Shown in pieces: positions 23,348 to 32,000 of a DNA stretch of 32,000 bases; position 1 is the stretch's first letter; the number at the start of each line of letters is the position of its first letter. The translations under genes and the position numbers were made by a program. The stretch is from Methanocaldococcus jannaschii DSM 2661. GTDB lineage: Archaea > AGJL01 > Methanococci > Methanococcales > Methanocaldococcaceae. Under the pieces are notes generated by a model that worked only from the letters and a program-made list of their open reading frames with translations, was not told where the DNA came from and did not search any database. Location: the NCBI RefSeq assembly GCF_000091665.1, contig NC_000909.1, positions 1,494,118 to 1,526,117 on the forward strand, given 5' to 3'.

Positions 23348-24606
23348 CTTCTCAAAATCTCATACATTTCTTCAGCTTTTTCATAGACTTTCTCTTCATC
23401 AACAGTTAAAATCTCTCCATCCCTCATAACTATATTTCCATCTATGATGACATCATCTACAAAGCCATTAAACGCATAAACTAAATGGGACATTATATTC
23501 TCTTTTGGATACAAGTAAGGTTTATCCAAGTTTATTAAAACAATATCTGCTAAATATCCTTCTCTTATTTCTCCAGCTTTTATATTCAATGCTTTAGCCC
23601 CATTTTTAGTGGCAAAGTTAAACGCCTCTTCAGCTTTAACAACAGTTGGATTTAAATTAACTCCCTTATGTAAGATTGCAGAGACCTTTATCTCCTCAAA
23701 TAAGTTTAAGTTGTTGTTACTTCCACATCCATCAGTTCCTAAGGTAACGTTTATTCCCTCAGCCAAGAGTTTTGGAATTGGAGCTACTCCAGAAGCTAAT
23801 TTTAAGTTGCTAATTGGGTTATGAGAGACGTTTATGTTTTTTTGTTTCATTATTTTGATTTCTTCATCTGTTAAATGCACGCAGTGAGCGGCTATAGCTC
23901 TAACATCATCAAAGAAACCAAAGGAGTTTAAATAAATAAACGGCTCCATACCCGTTTTCTCTTTAACCATTTTAATCTCATCTAAGGTTTCATTTAGATG
24001 TATATGTATAGGGACGTTGTATTTTTTAGCTAAGTTATTAACTTCCATTAAAAGCTCTTTGGAGCAAGTGTATGGAGCATGAGGGCCAAGAGCTGGCATT
24101 ATTCTACTATTATTTAAGCTGTTTATGTAGTTTATATACTTCTCAGCATTTTTAAGCTCTCTCTCCCTTCTCTCCTCATCAAATAAATCAATCATTCCGT
24201 AGGCTAAAACTGCCCTCATTCCACTTTCATCAACTGCCTTAGCAATCCCTTCCAAAAAGAAATACATATCGTTAAAAGTAGTAGTTCCACTTCTAATCAT
24301 CTCAATACATCCTAATAGTGTTCCCCAATAAACAATTTCTTCATTTAACTTTGCCTCCATAGGCCAGATGTAGTTGTTTAACCACTCCATTAAAGGTAAA
24401 TCATCAGCAACTCCTCTGAATAATGTCATTGGTATGTGGGTGTGAGTATTTATCAACCCAGGGATTGCTATCTTGTTCTTTCCATCTATAATTTCAGCAT
24501 TCTCTATTTCTTCTTTTTTAACCTCTCCAATCTTTTTTATTTTATTTCCTTCAATTAGTATATCCTGTCTCTTCCCATTTACAAATACATTTTTTATCAA
24601 TATCAC
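23344..24606 (-). CDS. dadD: Amidohydrolase; 5'-deoxyadenosine/S-adenosylhomocysteine deaminase family
   Basis: LINTHTHIPMTLFRGVADDLPLMEWL, HIHLNET, AAHCVHLTDEEI and LGTDGCGSNN. Confidence 0.93.
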   Translation of the reverse strand: MILIKNVFVNGKRQDILIEGNKIKKIGEVKKEEIENAEIIDGKNKIAIPGLINTHTHIPMTLFRGVADDLPLMEWLNNYIWPMEAKLNEEIVYWGTLLGCIEMIRSGTTTFNDMYFFLEGIAKAVDESGMRAVLAYGMIDLFDEERRERELKNAEKYINYINSLNNSRIMPALGPHAPYTCSKELLMEVNNLAKKYNVPIHIHLNETLDEIKMVKEKTGMEPFIYLNSFGFFDDVRAIAAHCVHLTDEEIKIMKQKNINVSHNPISNLKLASGVAPIPKLLAEGINVTLGTDGCGSNNNLNLFEEIKVSAILHKGVNLNPTVVKAEEAFNFATKNGAKALNIKAGEIREGYLADIVLINLDKPYLYPKENIMSHLVYAFNGFVDDVIIDGNIVMRDGEILTVDEEKVYEKAEEMYEILRS

Positions 24607-24620
24607 TGTTTCACCTTGTA

Positions 24621-27035
24621 TTACTGTAAATTGTGGAATTTAACAAAGTAATCAAAGAATTCTTTGAATTCCTTTAATACATCTTTTCTGTAACCAATAT
24701 AGTTATGAACGATATATTTATCTTTCTCAATCTGAATGTTTTTCAAGTCTTGTGGTTCGATTATGAAATCTGTAGGGACGGTAAATATAAACAACTTCTT
24801 TCTTAAGATATCCTCTAACTGCTTTCTTAATGGTTCTATACAGTATTTAACTACTTCTTCTTTAGATGAGAGATATATGTATCCTAACTCAATAAGTTTT
24901 TCCCTATGAGCTTCCAAAGTTTTAATATAAATATTTATAACTTTATCGAACTCTTCTTTAGAAATCCAAAATGGATGTCTATTTTTAAAGAAATTAAGGC
25001 GTTCCTCTACTATTTTATGATACTTTCCTTTTTCTAATAGTTTGTATCTAACTTTTCCTTCACCATCTTTTATTTCTTCATATAAGTTATAAAGTATCCA
25101 ACTTCTAAGCATAAGAATATATGGGATGGAAGTATATTGAAGTAGAGCATAATATTTTCCAAAACTTAAAGTGTTTTGCGGGCGAATAACTTCGATATTA
25201 TATTCGTCTATTGGTATATCTTCGTATTCAGCTAAGTCGAATAATGGAATGTCCCTTAAAGCAGAGCTTAAAAGAATTACAGCGTCAGATAGTAATATCT
25301 TTCTGGTAGTTCTATCTAAAATTACTGTCCCAAACGTTTTTTCCAAGTCTTTGATTATACTCCCAATACATATGTATTTGGTGGATTTTTTAGGTTTATA
25401 AAATCTAAATGTATTGAATATATTTTCATTGTTTATGAAATATGGAGAATGTAAGATTATAAATACCTGTGAGTCAATATTCTCAGTATCTTTAAGAATC
25501 TTTGAAAATCTCTTTTGATATTTTGGGTAAAGTTGATTAAATGGAGTATCAAGTAAAATAACCTTTGACTCATACCCAAATACTAAAGTTAGAATTTCTA
25601 AGATTTTTTTCACACCAAGTCCTACCATGTTCAGAGGTATCTCAATGTCTTCTGAATATACTACAATATCTGGTTTATTATTAGCTAAAATTACATCAAA
25701 ACTAAGACTTCCACTATTAAATATATATTCAAACATCTCTTTAATTTTCATATATCTTTTTCTTAGCTTTAGATTTGCATTATTCTTTAAGTAAAACAAA
25801 TAACTGGGTATCCATTTTTCAGATGGCATGCTTAATATACCTAAATATAAATCGTCTTTTGTTGTGGATGTTTTGAATAATTCCAATATTTTAGATTTCA
25901 CATTTTTTTCTAAACTGTTATTCTTTAAACCAGCAAGTAATTCAACTATCATATAATCTGGAATCATTACTTTGCCTTCATTTGGTAAATAATCCTCATA
26001 AAATATTAGACTGTTTTCATATATTTTTAATAAAATATCATTTAGTGAGATATCACTAATTTCATATATGTCCCTATAATCAAATCCACAAAATCTTACA
26101 ATATATTTTAAATCTTCAATAATTTCTTTGTCCCATGGATTTTCTTTTGAATATTCTAAAACCTTCTTAACATATATTGACATTTTATTGGCTAAGAGTT
26201 TATCCAAAGCCAATAATACAACAAATGCTCTCAATATGTTTTTATCCATTGTTAATCTTTTAAAACAATCTTCATATTTCTCAATGTCTTTTGTAAAATC
26301 TTTCATTGAGATTTCAACAATATTTTCTATATTTCCATCTCCAATTCTTGTTGTGATATTCTCCTTACCATCAATTAATGTGCTAAAGAATAATTTCTCA
26401 TTTTTTTCATAAATTGTAATTAATGCATTTACAGATGATGTTATAATGTTTTTTAAATCATTTGTAACTTCTATAATCTCAACATTTCTGTCCAACTCAT
26501 GTATAACCTTACTATGGTCAATTAAATCTGGTGTAATCTCTGATAATTCACGTTCTTTCAAGTATATTTTTATTTTTTCAATATCTTCTTCTAAACTTCT
26601 CAATCTAAGCATAAAATATGGTCTATAGCACCTTAATTCAGAGCACTCCCAAATATATGACCCTGCTGAAAAATAATCAATAATACTATTGATAATGTTC
26701 AGCTTTAAGTTGTTACATAGTCTTATCAAATCTGGAGCATTTATTTTGAAGAAAATTTTAAGAAATTTGGCAATAACCTCTTTATCACTCTTGTCAAATA
26801 TCACATCTACCTCTATCTTTGCCGCTTTTAAATTTTTATTGTGTAAATATATTTCCAAATCTACTGCTGATATTTTCTCATTTATAATGTTTCTTAGTAA
26901 TTTTAAAACCCTAAATAAGTTTGTTTTTCCTACATTATTGGGGCCGAAGATTGTAACAACATCCCCATCCTCAAATGTTATTTTAAAATCATCAAATGAT
27001 AGTAAATTCTTAGCGGCTATTGACTTTATTTTCAT
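24621..27035 (-). CDS. OLD/RecF-like P-loop ATPase with divergent C-terminal region
   Basis: MKIKSIAAKNLLSFDDFKITF...VVTIFGPNNVGKTNLFRVLK, VILLDTPFNQLYPKYQ and FIILHSPYFI. The start at 27035 has RBS GGTGA, versus the listed 27047. Confidence 0.85.
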   Translation of the reverse strand: MKIKSIAAKNLLSFDDFKITFEDGDVVTIFGPNNVGKTNLFRVLKLLRNIINEKISAVDLEIYLHNKNLKAAKIEVDVIFDKSDKEVIAKFLKIFFKINAPDLIRLCNNLKLNIINSIIDYFSAGSYIWECSELRCYRPYFMLRLRSLEEDIEKIKIYLKERELSEITPDLIDHSKVIHELDRNVEIIEVTNDLKNIITSSVNALITIYEKNEKLFFSTLIDGKENITTRIGDGNIENIVEISMKDFTKDIEKYEDCFKRLTMDKNILRAFVVLLALDKLLANKMSIYVKKVLEYSKENPWDKEIIEDLKYIVRFCGFDYRDIYEISDISLNDILLKIYENSLIFYEDYLPNEGKVMIPDYMIVELLAGLKNNSLEKNVKSKILELFKTSTTKDDLYLGILSMPSEKWIPSYLFYLKNNANLKLRKRYMKIKEMFEYIFNSGSLSFDVILANNKPDIVVYSEDIEIPLNMVGLGVKKILEILTLVFGYESKVILLDTPFNQLYPKYQKRFSKILKDTENIDSQVFIILHSPYFINNENIFNTFRFYKPKKSTKYICIGSIIKDLEKTFGTVILDRTTRKILLSDAVILLSSALRDIPLFDLAEYEDIPIDEYNIEVIRPQNTLSFGKYYALLQYTSIPYILMLRSWILYNLYEEIKDGEGKVRYKLLEKGKYHKIVEERLNFFKNRHPFWISKEEFDKVINIYIKTLEAHREKLIELGYIYLSSKEEVVKYCIEPLRKQLEDILRKKLFIFTVPTDFIIEPQDLKNIQIEKDKYIVHNYIGYRKDVLKEFKEFFDYFVKFHNLQ

Positions 27036-27294
27036 AAATTTCACCATACTATTTAATTTTAGGATAATGCTCTCCGTGTAATTGCTAAATATCGTTTATA
27101 ACCAACATTTATGTTTTAAATTTATTTCACTATAATTTAGTTGTGTTCTAATGGTATTTAAATTCTATGTTATTATTATATGGTTTTTATAGTATCGATT
27201 TCTGAATATCAAATTAAACCGAAAACCTTAAAATAGTATTATGGCTAATAAAGGTAGCGAGTATTTAATAAAAAGAGTCTTTATGGTGATAGAA

Positions 27295-28287
27295 ATGGTT
27301 AAAATATTCTACGATAAGGATGTAACCTTTGACGCAGTTAAAGACAAAACAATAGCAGTTATTGGTTATGGAAGTCAAGGAAGAGCTCAAGCTTTAAATA
27401 TGAAGGATAGTGGTTTAAATGTTATAGTTGGTTTGAGACCAAATGGAGCATCATGGAACAAGGCAATTAAAGATGGACACAAAGTTATGACAATTGAGGA
27501 AGCAGCAGAGAAAGCAGATATCATCCACATATTAATCCCAGATGAAGTCCAGCCAGCAGTTTATAAAAAGCAGATTGAGCCTTACTTAACAGAAGGAAAA
27601 ACAATAAGCTTCTCACATGGATACAACATCCACTATGGATTTATAAGACCTCCAGAGAATGTTAATATAACAATGGTAGCTCCAAAATCACCAGGGGCAA
27701 TGGTTAGAAAAACATATGAAGAAGGATTTGGAGTTCCAGGATTGGTTGCTGTTGAGAGAGATTATACAGGAGATGCTTTACAAATTGCTTTGGGAATGGC
27801 TAAAGGTATTGGATTAACAAAAGTTGGAGTAATACAAACAACTTTTAGAGAAGAAACAGAAACAGATTTATTTGGAGAGCAAGTAGTTTTGTGTGGAGGA
27901 GTTACCGAGTTAATTAAAGCTGCGTTTGAAACATTAGTTGAAGCTGGTTACGCTCCAGAGATGGCATACTTTGAAACATGCCATGAGTTAAAGCTAATAG
28001 TTGATTTAATCTATCAAAAGGGATTACAGGGAATGTGGGAGAACGTCTCAAACACTGCTGAATATGGAGGTTTAACAAGAAGGGCAAGAGTTATAAATGA
28101 GGAGTCAAGAAAGGCAATGAAAGAGATTTTAAAAGAGATACAAGATGGAAGATTTGCAAAAGAATGGAGCTTAGAAAGAGAAGCTGGCTTCCCACACTTG
28201 AATGCTTTAAGAAGATTAGAGAAAGAGCATTTAATTGAGAAGGTTGGAAAAGAGTTAAGAAAGATGTGTGGCTTGGAGAAGGAATAA
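27295..28287 (+). CDS. ilvC: Ketol-acid reductoisomerase
   Basis: [51 protein letters not shown] and [10 protein letters not shown]. The annotated-type start is at 27295; the 18 extra N-terminal residues of the track ORF are unlikely. Confidence 0.97.
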   Translation: MVKIFYDKDVTFDAVKDKTIAVIGYGSQGRAQALNMKDSGLNVIVGLRPNGASWNKAIKDGHKVMTIEEAAEKADIIHILIPDEVQPAVYKKQIEPYLTEGKTISFSHGYNIHYGFIRPPENVNITMVAPKSPGAMVRKTYEEGFGVPGLVAVERDYTGDALQIALGMAKGIGLTKVGVIQTTFREETETDLFGEQVVLCGGVTELIKAAFETLVEAGYAPEMAYFETCHELKLIVDLIYQKGLQGMWENVSNTAEYGGLTRRARVINEESRKAMKEILKEIQDGRFAKEWSLEREAGFPHLNALRRLEKEHLIEKVGKELRKMCGLEKE

Positions 28288-28344
28288 TTTTTAATCTCTT
28301 TTTTATTTTATTAATTTAAAAATGTCTTTTACATTATTAAAATA

Positions 28345-29628
28345 TCAATAGGTTAAACTCCACTTCCAGAATGGAACAATCTCTATCAGATGTTCTTTAT
28401 CATCAACTGTTATTTTTTCGAATCCTTCATCGTTGTAAGTGATAATTTTTAAATTGACATTATCAAGTTTTAAATCTTTTATTGCCTTTTCATAAGCTTT
28501 GATTTCTCTTTCTTTATTGGTCTCATTTAATTCATAGCATACTTGAATTAACTCCTTATTTTCTCCAAATATTAAAAAATCAACCTCATAGTTTTTCCTT
28601 TTGACATAAAACAGATTCTCATTCTCAACAAAACCTCTCCTTCTCAACTCCAAAAATACAAGGTTTTCCAAAATTCTTCCTTTATTTTTGCTAAAACTTA
28701 AGGAGAAGTTCCACATTCCGTCAATAACATAGAGTTTTGAGTAGGATATTGTCTTAGTCTTATAAGAGAAATTATTTAATAAAAATATTAGATAGGCATC
28801 ACTAAAATACTCTAAATAGTTGTAAATGCACTCTCTACTTATTTTTGTATTAAATTCTTTGAGTAAATTGGCAATCTTTTTAATAGAAATCTCATTAGCA
28901 AATAAATTTATTAAAATGTTCCTTAAAACTTTAATTTCCTTTATATTTCTAATGCTATGCCTCTCAACAACATCCCTATAAAATATGCCGTCCAAATATT
29001 CTTTAAGAATTTCTTTTTTAATGTTTTCATCATCTATTAAAGTTATTTCTGGAAAACCACCAAATTTAATGAATTCGTTTAGATACTTCAGCAACTCTGC
29101 CTTTTCAATTGTGGAATACCTCTTCTTAACATTAAAATTCTTAAATTTCAAAAATTCCTTAAAGTTTAATGGTAATATTTCAGTTTTTAAATTTCTTCCT
29201 CTCAAAGAAGTGGCAATTTCTTTTGATAATAATTTAGAAGATGAACCAGTTATAAAAATGTTGAAACCACTATCATTTAGCCTTCTAACAAATTTATCCC
29301 AATTATCAACACTCTGAATCTCATCAAAAAATAGGTTTTTTGTGTTTTTTATAGACAATGCAATCTTTAAGAGTTCATTTAACTCATCTAAAGCTATATT
29401 TATTAATCTTTCATCCTCAAAATTTATATAGATGAAATCATCCTTAAAATGCTTGTTTATAATTTGAAATAAGAAATATGTCTTTCCTCCTCTCCTCACA
29501 CCATAGATAACCTTTATTTTGTTAGGGATGAGTTTTATTTCAATATCTCTATTAATTACCTTTGCTTTCTTTGCAATCTCTAAGTTGTCTAATATAACTT
29601 CTTCAAATAGTATCTTTTTGTCTATCAT
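28345..29628 (-). CDS. AAA-family ATPase, AAA_14/DUF4143 type
   Basis: VIYGVRRGGKTYFLFQIIN, NLFFDEIQSVDNWDKFVRRLND, ITGSSSKLLSKEIATSLRGR and the DUF4143-like C-terminus. The start MIDKK at 29628 is preferred over TTG 29670. Confidence 0.88.
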   Translation of the reverse strand: MIDKKILFEEVILDNLEIAKKAKVINRDIEIKLIPNKIKVIYGVRRGGKTYFLFQIINKHFKDDFIYINFEDERLINIALDELNELLKIALSIKNTKNLFFDEIQSVDNWDKFVRRLNDSGFNIFITGSSSKLLSKEIATSLRGRNLKTEILPLNFKEFLKFKNFNVKKRYSTIEKAELLKYLNEFIKFGGFPEITLIDDENIKKEILKEYLDGIFYRDVVERHSIRNIKEIKVLRNILINLFANEISIKKIANLLKEFNTKISRECIYNYLEYFSDAYLIFLLNNFSYKTKTISYSKLYVIDGMWNFSLSFSKNKGRILENLVFLELRRRGFVENENLFYVKRKNYEVDFLIFGENKELIQVCYELNETNKEREIKAYEKAIKDLKLDNVNLKIITYNDEGFEKITVDDKEHLIEIVPFWKWSLTY

Positions 29629-29651
29629 ACTTGACACTCTTAATATTTTTA

Positions 29652-29669
29652 TGTCTAATATATTAGACA
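29652..29669. promoter_or_regulatory. 18-bp perfect palindrome, candidate operator
   Basis: tgtctaatatattagaca is its own reverse complement. It sits between a TATA-like atttaaatac (minus strand, about 29672-29681) and the ATG at 29628. Confidence 0.65.
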
Positions 29670-29777
29670 AAGTATTTAAATCTTCTCTTTACAATATCCG
29701 ACAATAAACATAATGCATTTCAACAAAATCAAAAACTTTATATAATATTGACATTTTATTTTTATTTTGTGATTAAT

Positions 29778-30473
29778 ATGGAGAAAGTAGCAATATACAT
29801 TATAGGAGATATTGTTTTAGCTGAAAATACTGGAAAAGCTCTAAAAAAATGGAGGAATTTATTCAACATCCAGCAGATTGAGTTAGCTAAATACTTAAAC
29901 GTTTCTCCATCCGTTATAAGTGATTATGAAGTTGGAAGAAGAAAAAACCCAGGAGTGAATATTATAAAAAAGTATGTTTTGGCATTAATAGAAATAGATA
30001 AGGAGAAGGGAGGACAAACAATAAAAGCATTAAAAAGAATTTTAGATAAAAGCCCTTCAATGAAGGCAATTTTATCAATAAAAGAGTATGAAAACCCAAT
30101 AACCCTTAATGAATTTGTAAATATTATTGATGGAGAAATTGCCGTTGGAGATAACTCAGACACTCCAATATATGGGCATACAGTTGTTGATAGTATAAAG
30201 GCAATATTAGAGATGACAGGAGATGATTTCTATCATTTATACGGATGGACTACTGAAAGAGCTTTAATATTCACAAACGTCTCTACTGGAAGAAGCCCAA
30301 TGGTTGCTGTTAGAGTCAGCATAATGAAGCCAAGAGTTGTTGTTTTGCAGGGAATAAATAAAGACAAGATAGACAGCTTAGCTTTAAAATTAGCTGAGAT
30401 TGATAACATCCCACTAATAACAACCCATTTAGATACTAAAGAACTTATAAAAAGACTAAATGAGATAAAATAA
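29778..30473 (+). CDS. XRE-type HTH transcriptional regulator with a C-terminal sensor-like domain
   Basis: [43 protein letters not shown], followed by a domain containing [33 protein letters not shown]. Confidence 0.85.
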   Translation: MEKVAIYIIGDIVLAENTGKALKKWRNLFNIQQIELAKYLNVSPSVISDYEVGRRKNPGVNIIKKYVLALIEIDKEKGGQTIKALKRILDKSPSMKAILSIKEYENPITLNEFVNIIDGEIAVGDNSDTPIYGHTVVDSIKAILEMTGDDFYHLYGWTTERALIFTNVSTGRSPMVAVRVSIMKPRVVVLQGINKDKIDSLALKLAEIDNIPLITTHLDTKELIKRLNEIK

Positions 30474-30483
30474 GGGGGAAATT

Positions 30484-31521
30484 ATGGCGGGTATTGTTGG
30501 TTATGGAGCATACATCCCAAAATATAGGATAAAAGTTGAAGAAATAGCAAGAGTATGGAACAAAGACCCGGAATCAATAAAAAAAGGACTTTTGGTATAT
30601 GAGAAAGCAGTTCCAAGCTTGGATGAAGACACTGCAACTATTGCAGTTGAAGCAGCAAGAAATGCATTAAAAAGAGCTGAAATAGACCCAAAAGACATTG
30701 GAGCTGTTTATGTTGGGAGTGAAAGCCACCCTTATGCAGTTAAACCAACTGCTACAATAGTTGCTGAGGCTATAGATGCAACTCCAGACTTAACTGCAGC
30801 GGATTTAGAGTTTGCTTGCAAAGCTGGAACAGCAGGAATTCAGATGTGTATGGGATTGGTTGAGAGCGGCTTAATCAAATACGGATTAGCTATTGGGGCA
30901 GATACTGCCCAAGGAGCTCCAGGAGATGCTTTGGAATACACGGCAGCAGCTGGAGGAGCTGCCTATATAATAGGAAAATCAAACGTTATAGCTGAATTCA
31001 ACGGCACTTATTCATACACAACAGACACCCCAGACTTCTGGAGGAGAGAAGGAAAGCCATATCCAAGACATGGAGGAAGATTTACAGGAGAGCCAGCATA
31101 CTTTAGACATGTAATTAATGCTGCTAAAGGATTGATGGAAAAAATGGGAACAAAGCCAGAAGATTATGATTACTGCGTATTCCACCAACCAAACGGAAAA
31201 TTCTATATTAGGGTAGCTAAGATTTTGGGCTTTAAGGAAGAGCAATATAAAATAGGGCTATTAACCCCTTATATTGGAAACACTTACTCAGGAGCTGTTC
31301 CTTTAGGGTTATCAAATGTCTTAGATAATTGTGAAGGTGGAGAGAGAATTTTAGCAGTCTCCTATGGAAGTGGGGCTGGAAGTGATGCCTTCGACATAAC
31401 AGTAACTGATAGAATAAATAAAGTCAAAGACAAAGCTCCAAAAACAGCCTATTACTTAGAGAGGAAAGAATATATCGACTATGCAATATATGCCAAATTT
31501 AGAAAGAAAATTAAGATGTGA
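30484..31521 (+). CDS. Hydroxymethylglutaryl-CoA synthase, archaeal
   Basis: [56 protein letters not shown] and [12 protein letters not shown]. Confidence 0.95.
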   Translation: MAGIVGYGAYIPKYRIKVEEIARVWNKDPESIKKGLLVYEKAVPSLDEDTATIAVEAARNALKRAEIDPKDIGAVYVGSESHPYAVKPTATIVAEAIDATPDLTAADLEFACKAGTAGIQMCMGLVESGLIKYGLAIGADTAQGAPGDALEYTAAAGGAAYIIGKSNVIAEFNGTYSYTTDTPDFWRREGKPYPRHGGRFTGEPAYFRHVINAAKGLMEKMGTKPEDYDYCVFHQPNGKFYIRVAKILGFKEEQYKIGLLTPYIGNTYSGAVPLGLSNVLDNCEGGERILAVSYGSGAGSDAFDITVTDRINKVKDKAPKTAYYLERKEYIDYAIYAKFRKKIKM

Positions 31522-31886
31522 GCAAAGTTTTTGGAATTCTGCTATATGGTTCTTATGCAAAGAATGAATACACAAAAAGGAGTGATATTGATATATGCTT
31601 AGTAGGGGTTGATAGAAATACATACTTAGAAATCTTAGGAAAATTGGGAAATAAATATGACATAAAAATCTTTGAAGAACTTCCTTTGTATATAAAAATG
31701 GAGATTATAAAAAATCATAAAGTAATTTTTGGAGATGAATTAGAACTTTCAGAGCATTTCTACAAATTTAGAAAGATTTGGAGGGATATGGAAAAGAGGA
31801 TTAGAGAAAATCAGTTCAACAGTGTTAGAGAAAAGGTTATGTTGAGGAGGAGATTTAATGCAAAGAAAGAAGAGATACTTGGATAA
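31518..31886 (+). CDS. MNT-domain nucleotidyltransferase (antitoxin-like)
   Basis: [25 protein letters not shown] matches the GS-x-SDxD minimal nucleotidyltransferase motif. Confidence 0.92.
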   Translation: MSKVFGILLYGSYAKNEYTKRSDIDICLVGVDRNTYLEILGKLGNKYDIKIFEELPLYIKMEIIKNHKVIFGDELELSEHFYKFRKIWRDMEKRIRENQFNSVREKVMLRRRFNAKKEEILG

Positions 31887-32000
31887 GCTTGAAAAGTTTG
31901 GGGAAGAATATTACTTCATAAAAGAACATGAAATAAGGGATGAGATTACAAAAAGGGCTTTATTATATTTCTCTTCAAGTATGTGTTGATATTACTATGG
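31858..32000 (+). CDS. HEPN-domain protein (toxin-like), truncated by the window edge and with apparent +1 frameshift
   Basis: ATG 31858 after GGAGGAG, overlapping the MNT gene. It reads [37 protein letters not shown], then the frame must slip by +1 near 31968-31970 to give SLQVCVDITM. Confidence 0.7.

Noticed and set aside
31987-31989. TGA in the HEPN ORF as a selenocysteine codon, since pstK is present
   Set aside because: The residues before it (FSSSMC) do not look HEPN-like, while the +1 frame gives SLQVCVDITM. A frameshift explains the data better than readthrough.

Overview
A dense archaeal chromosome segment from a Methanocaldococcus-type hyperthermophilic methanogen. I recognise the gene order and proteins as closely matching M. 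jannaschii around MJ1519-MJ1548; this is from memory and was not searched. Most of the window is housekeeping or methanogen metabolism: geranylgeranyl-reductase-family flavoprotein, Na+/H+ antiporter, cbiE, crcB plus DUF190, AglB, tpiA, ogt, rimI-like, hisA, PIN-ATPase-KH protein, mer, thioredoxin reductase, pstK, dadD, ilvC and HMG-CoA synthase. Accessory content is modest: a SF1 helicase with an apparent C-terminal PD-(D/E)XK-like nuclease, an orphan type I S subunit, an OLD/RecF-like ATPase with eroded motifs, a DUF4143-type ATPase, and an MNT/HEPN pair whose HEPN partner appears to carry a +1 frameshift near the window edge. The best non-coding signals are a 16-bp perfect inverted repeat enclosing a hairpin upstream of pstK, and an 18-bp perfect palindrome in the promoter region of the DUF4143 ATPase gene. 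A Cys-rich uncharacterised protein in a tight operon with thioredoxin reductase is also worth attention. I found no convincing new multi-gene system, CRISPR array, rRNA or tRNA.
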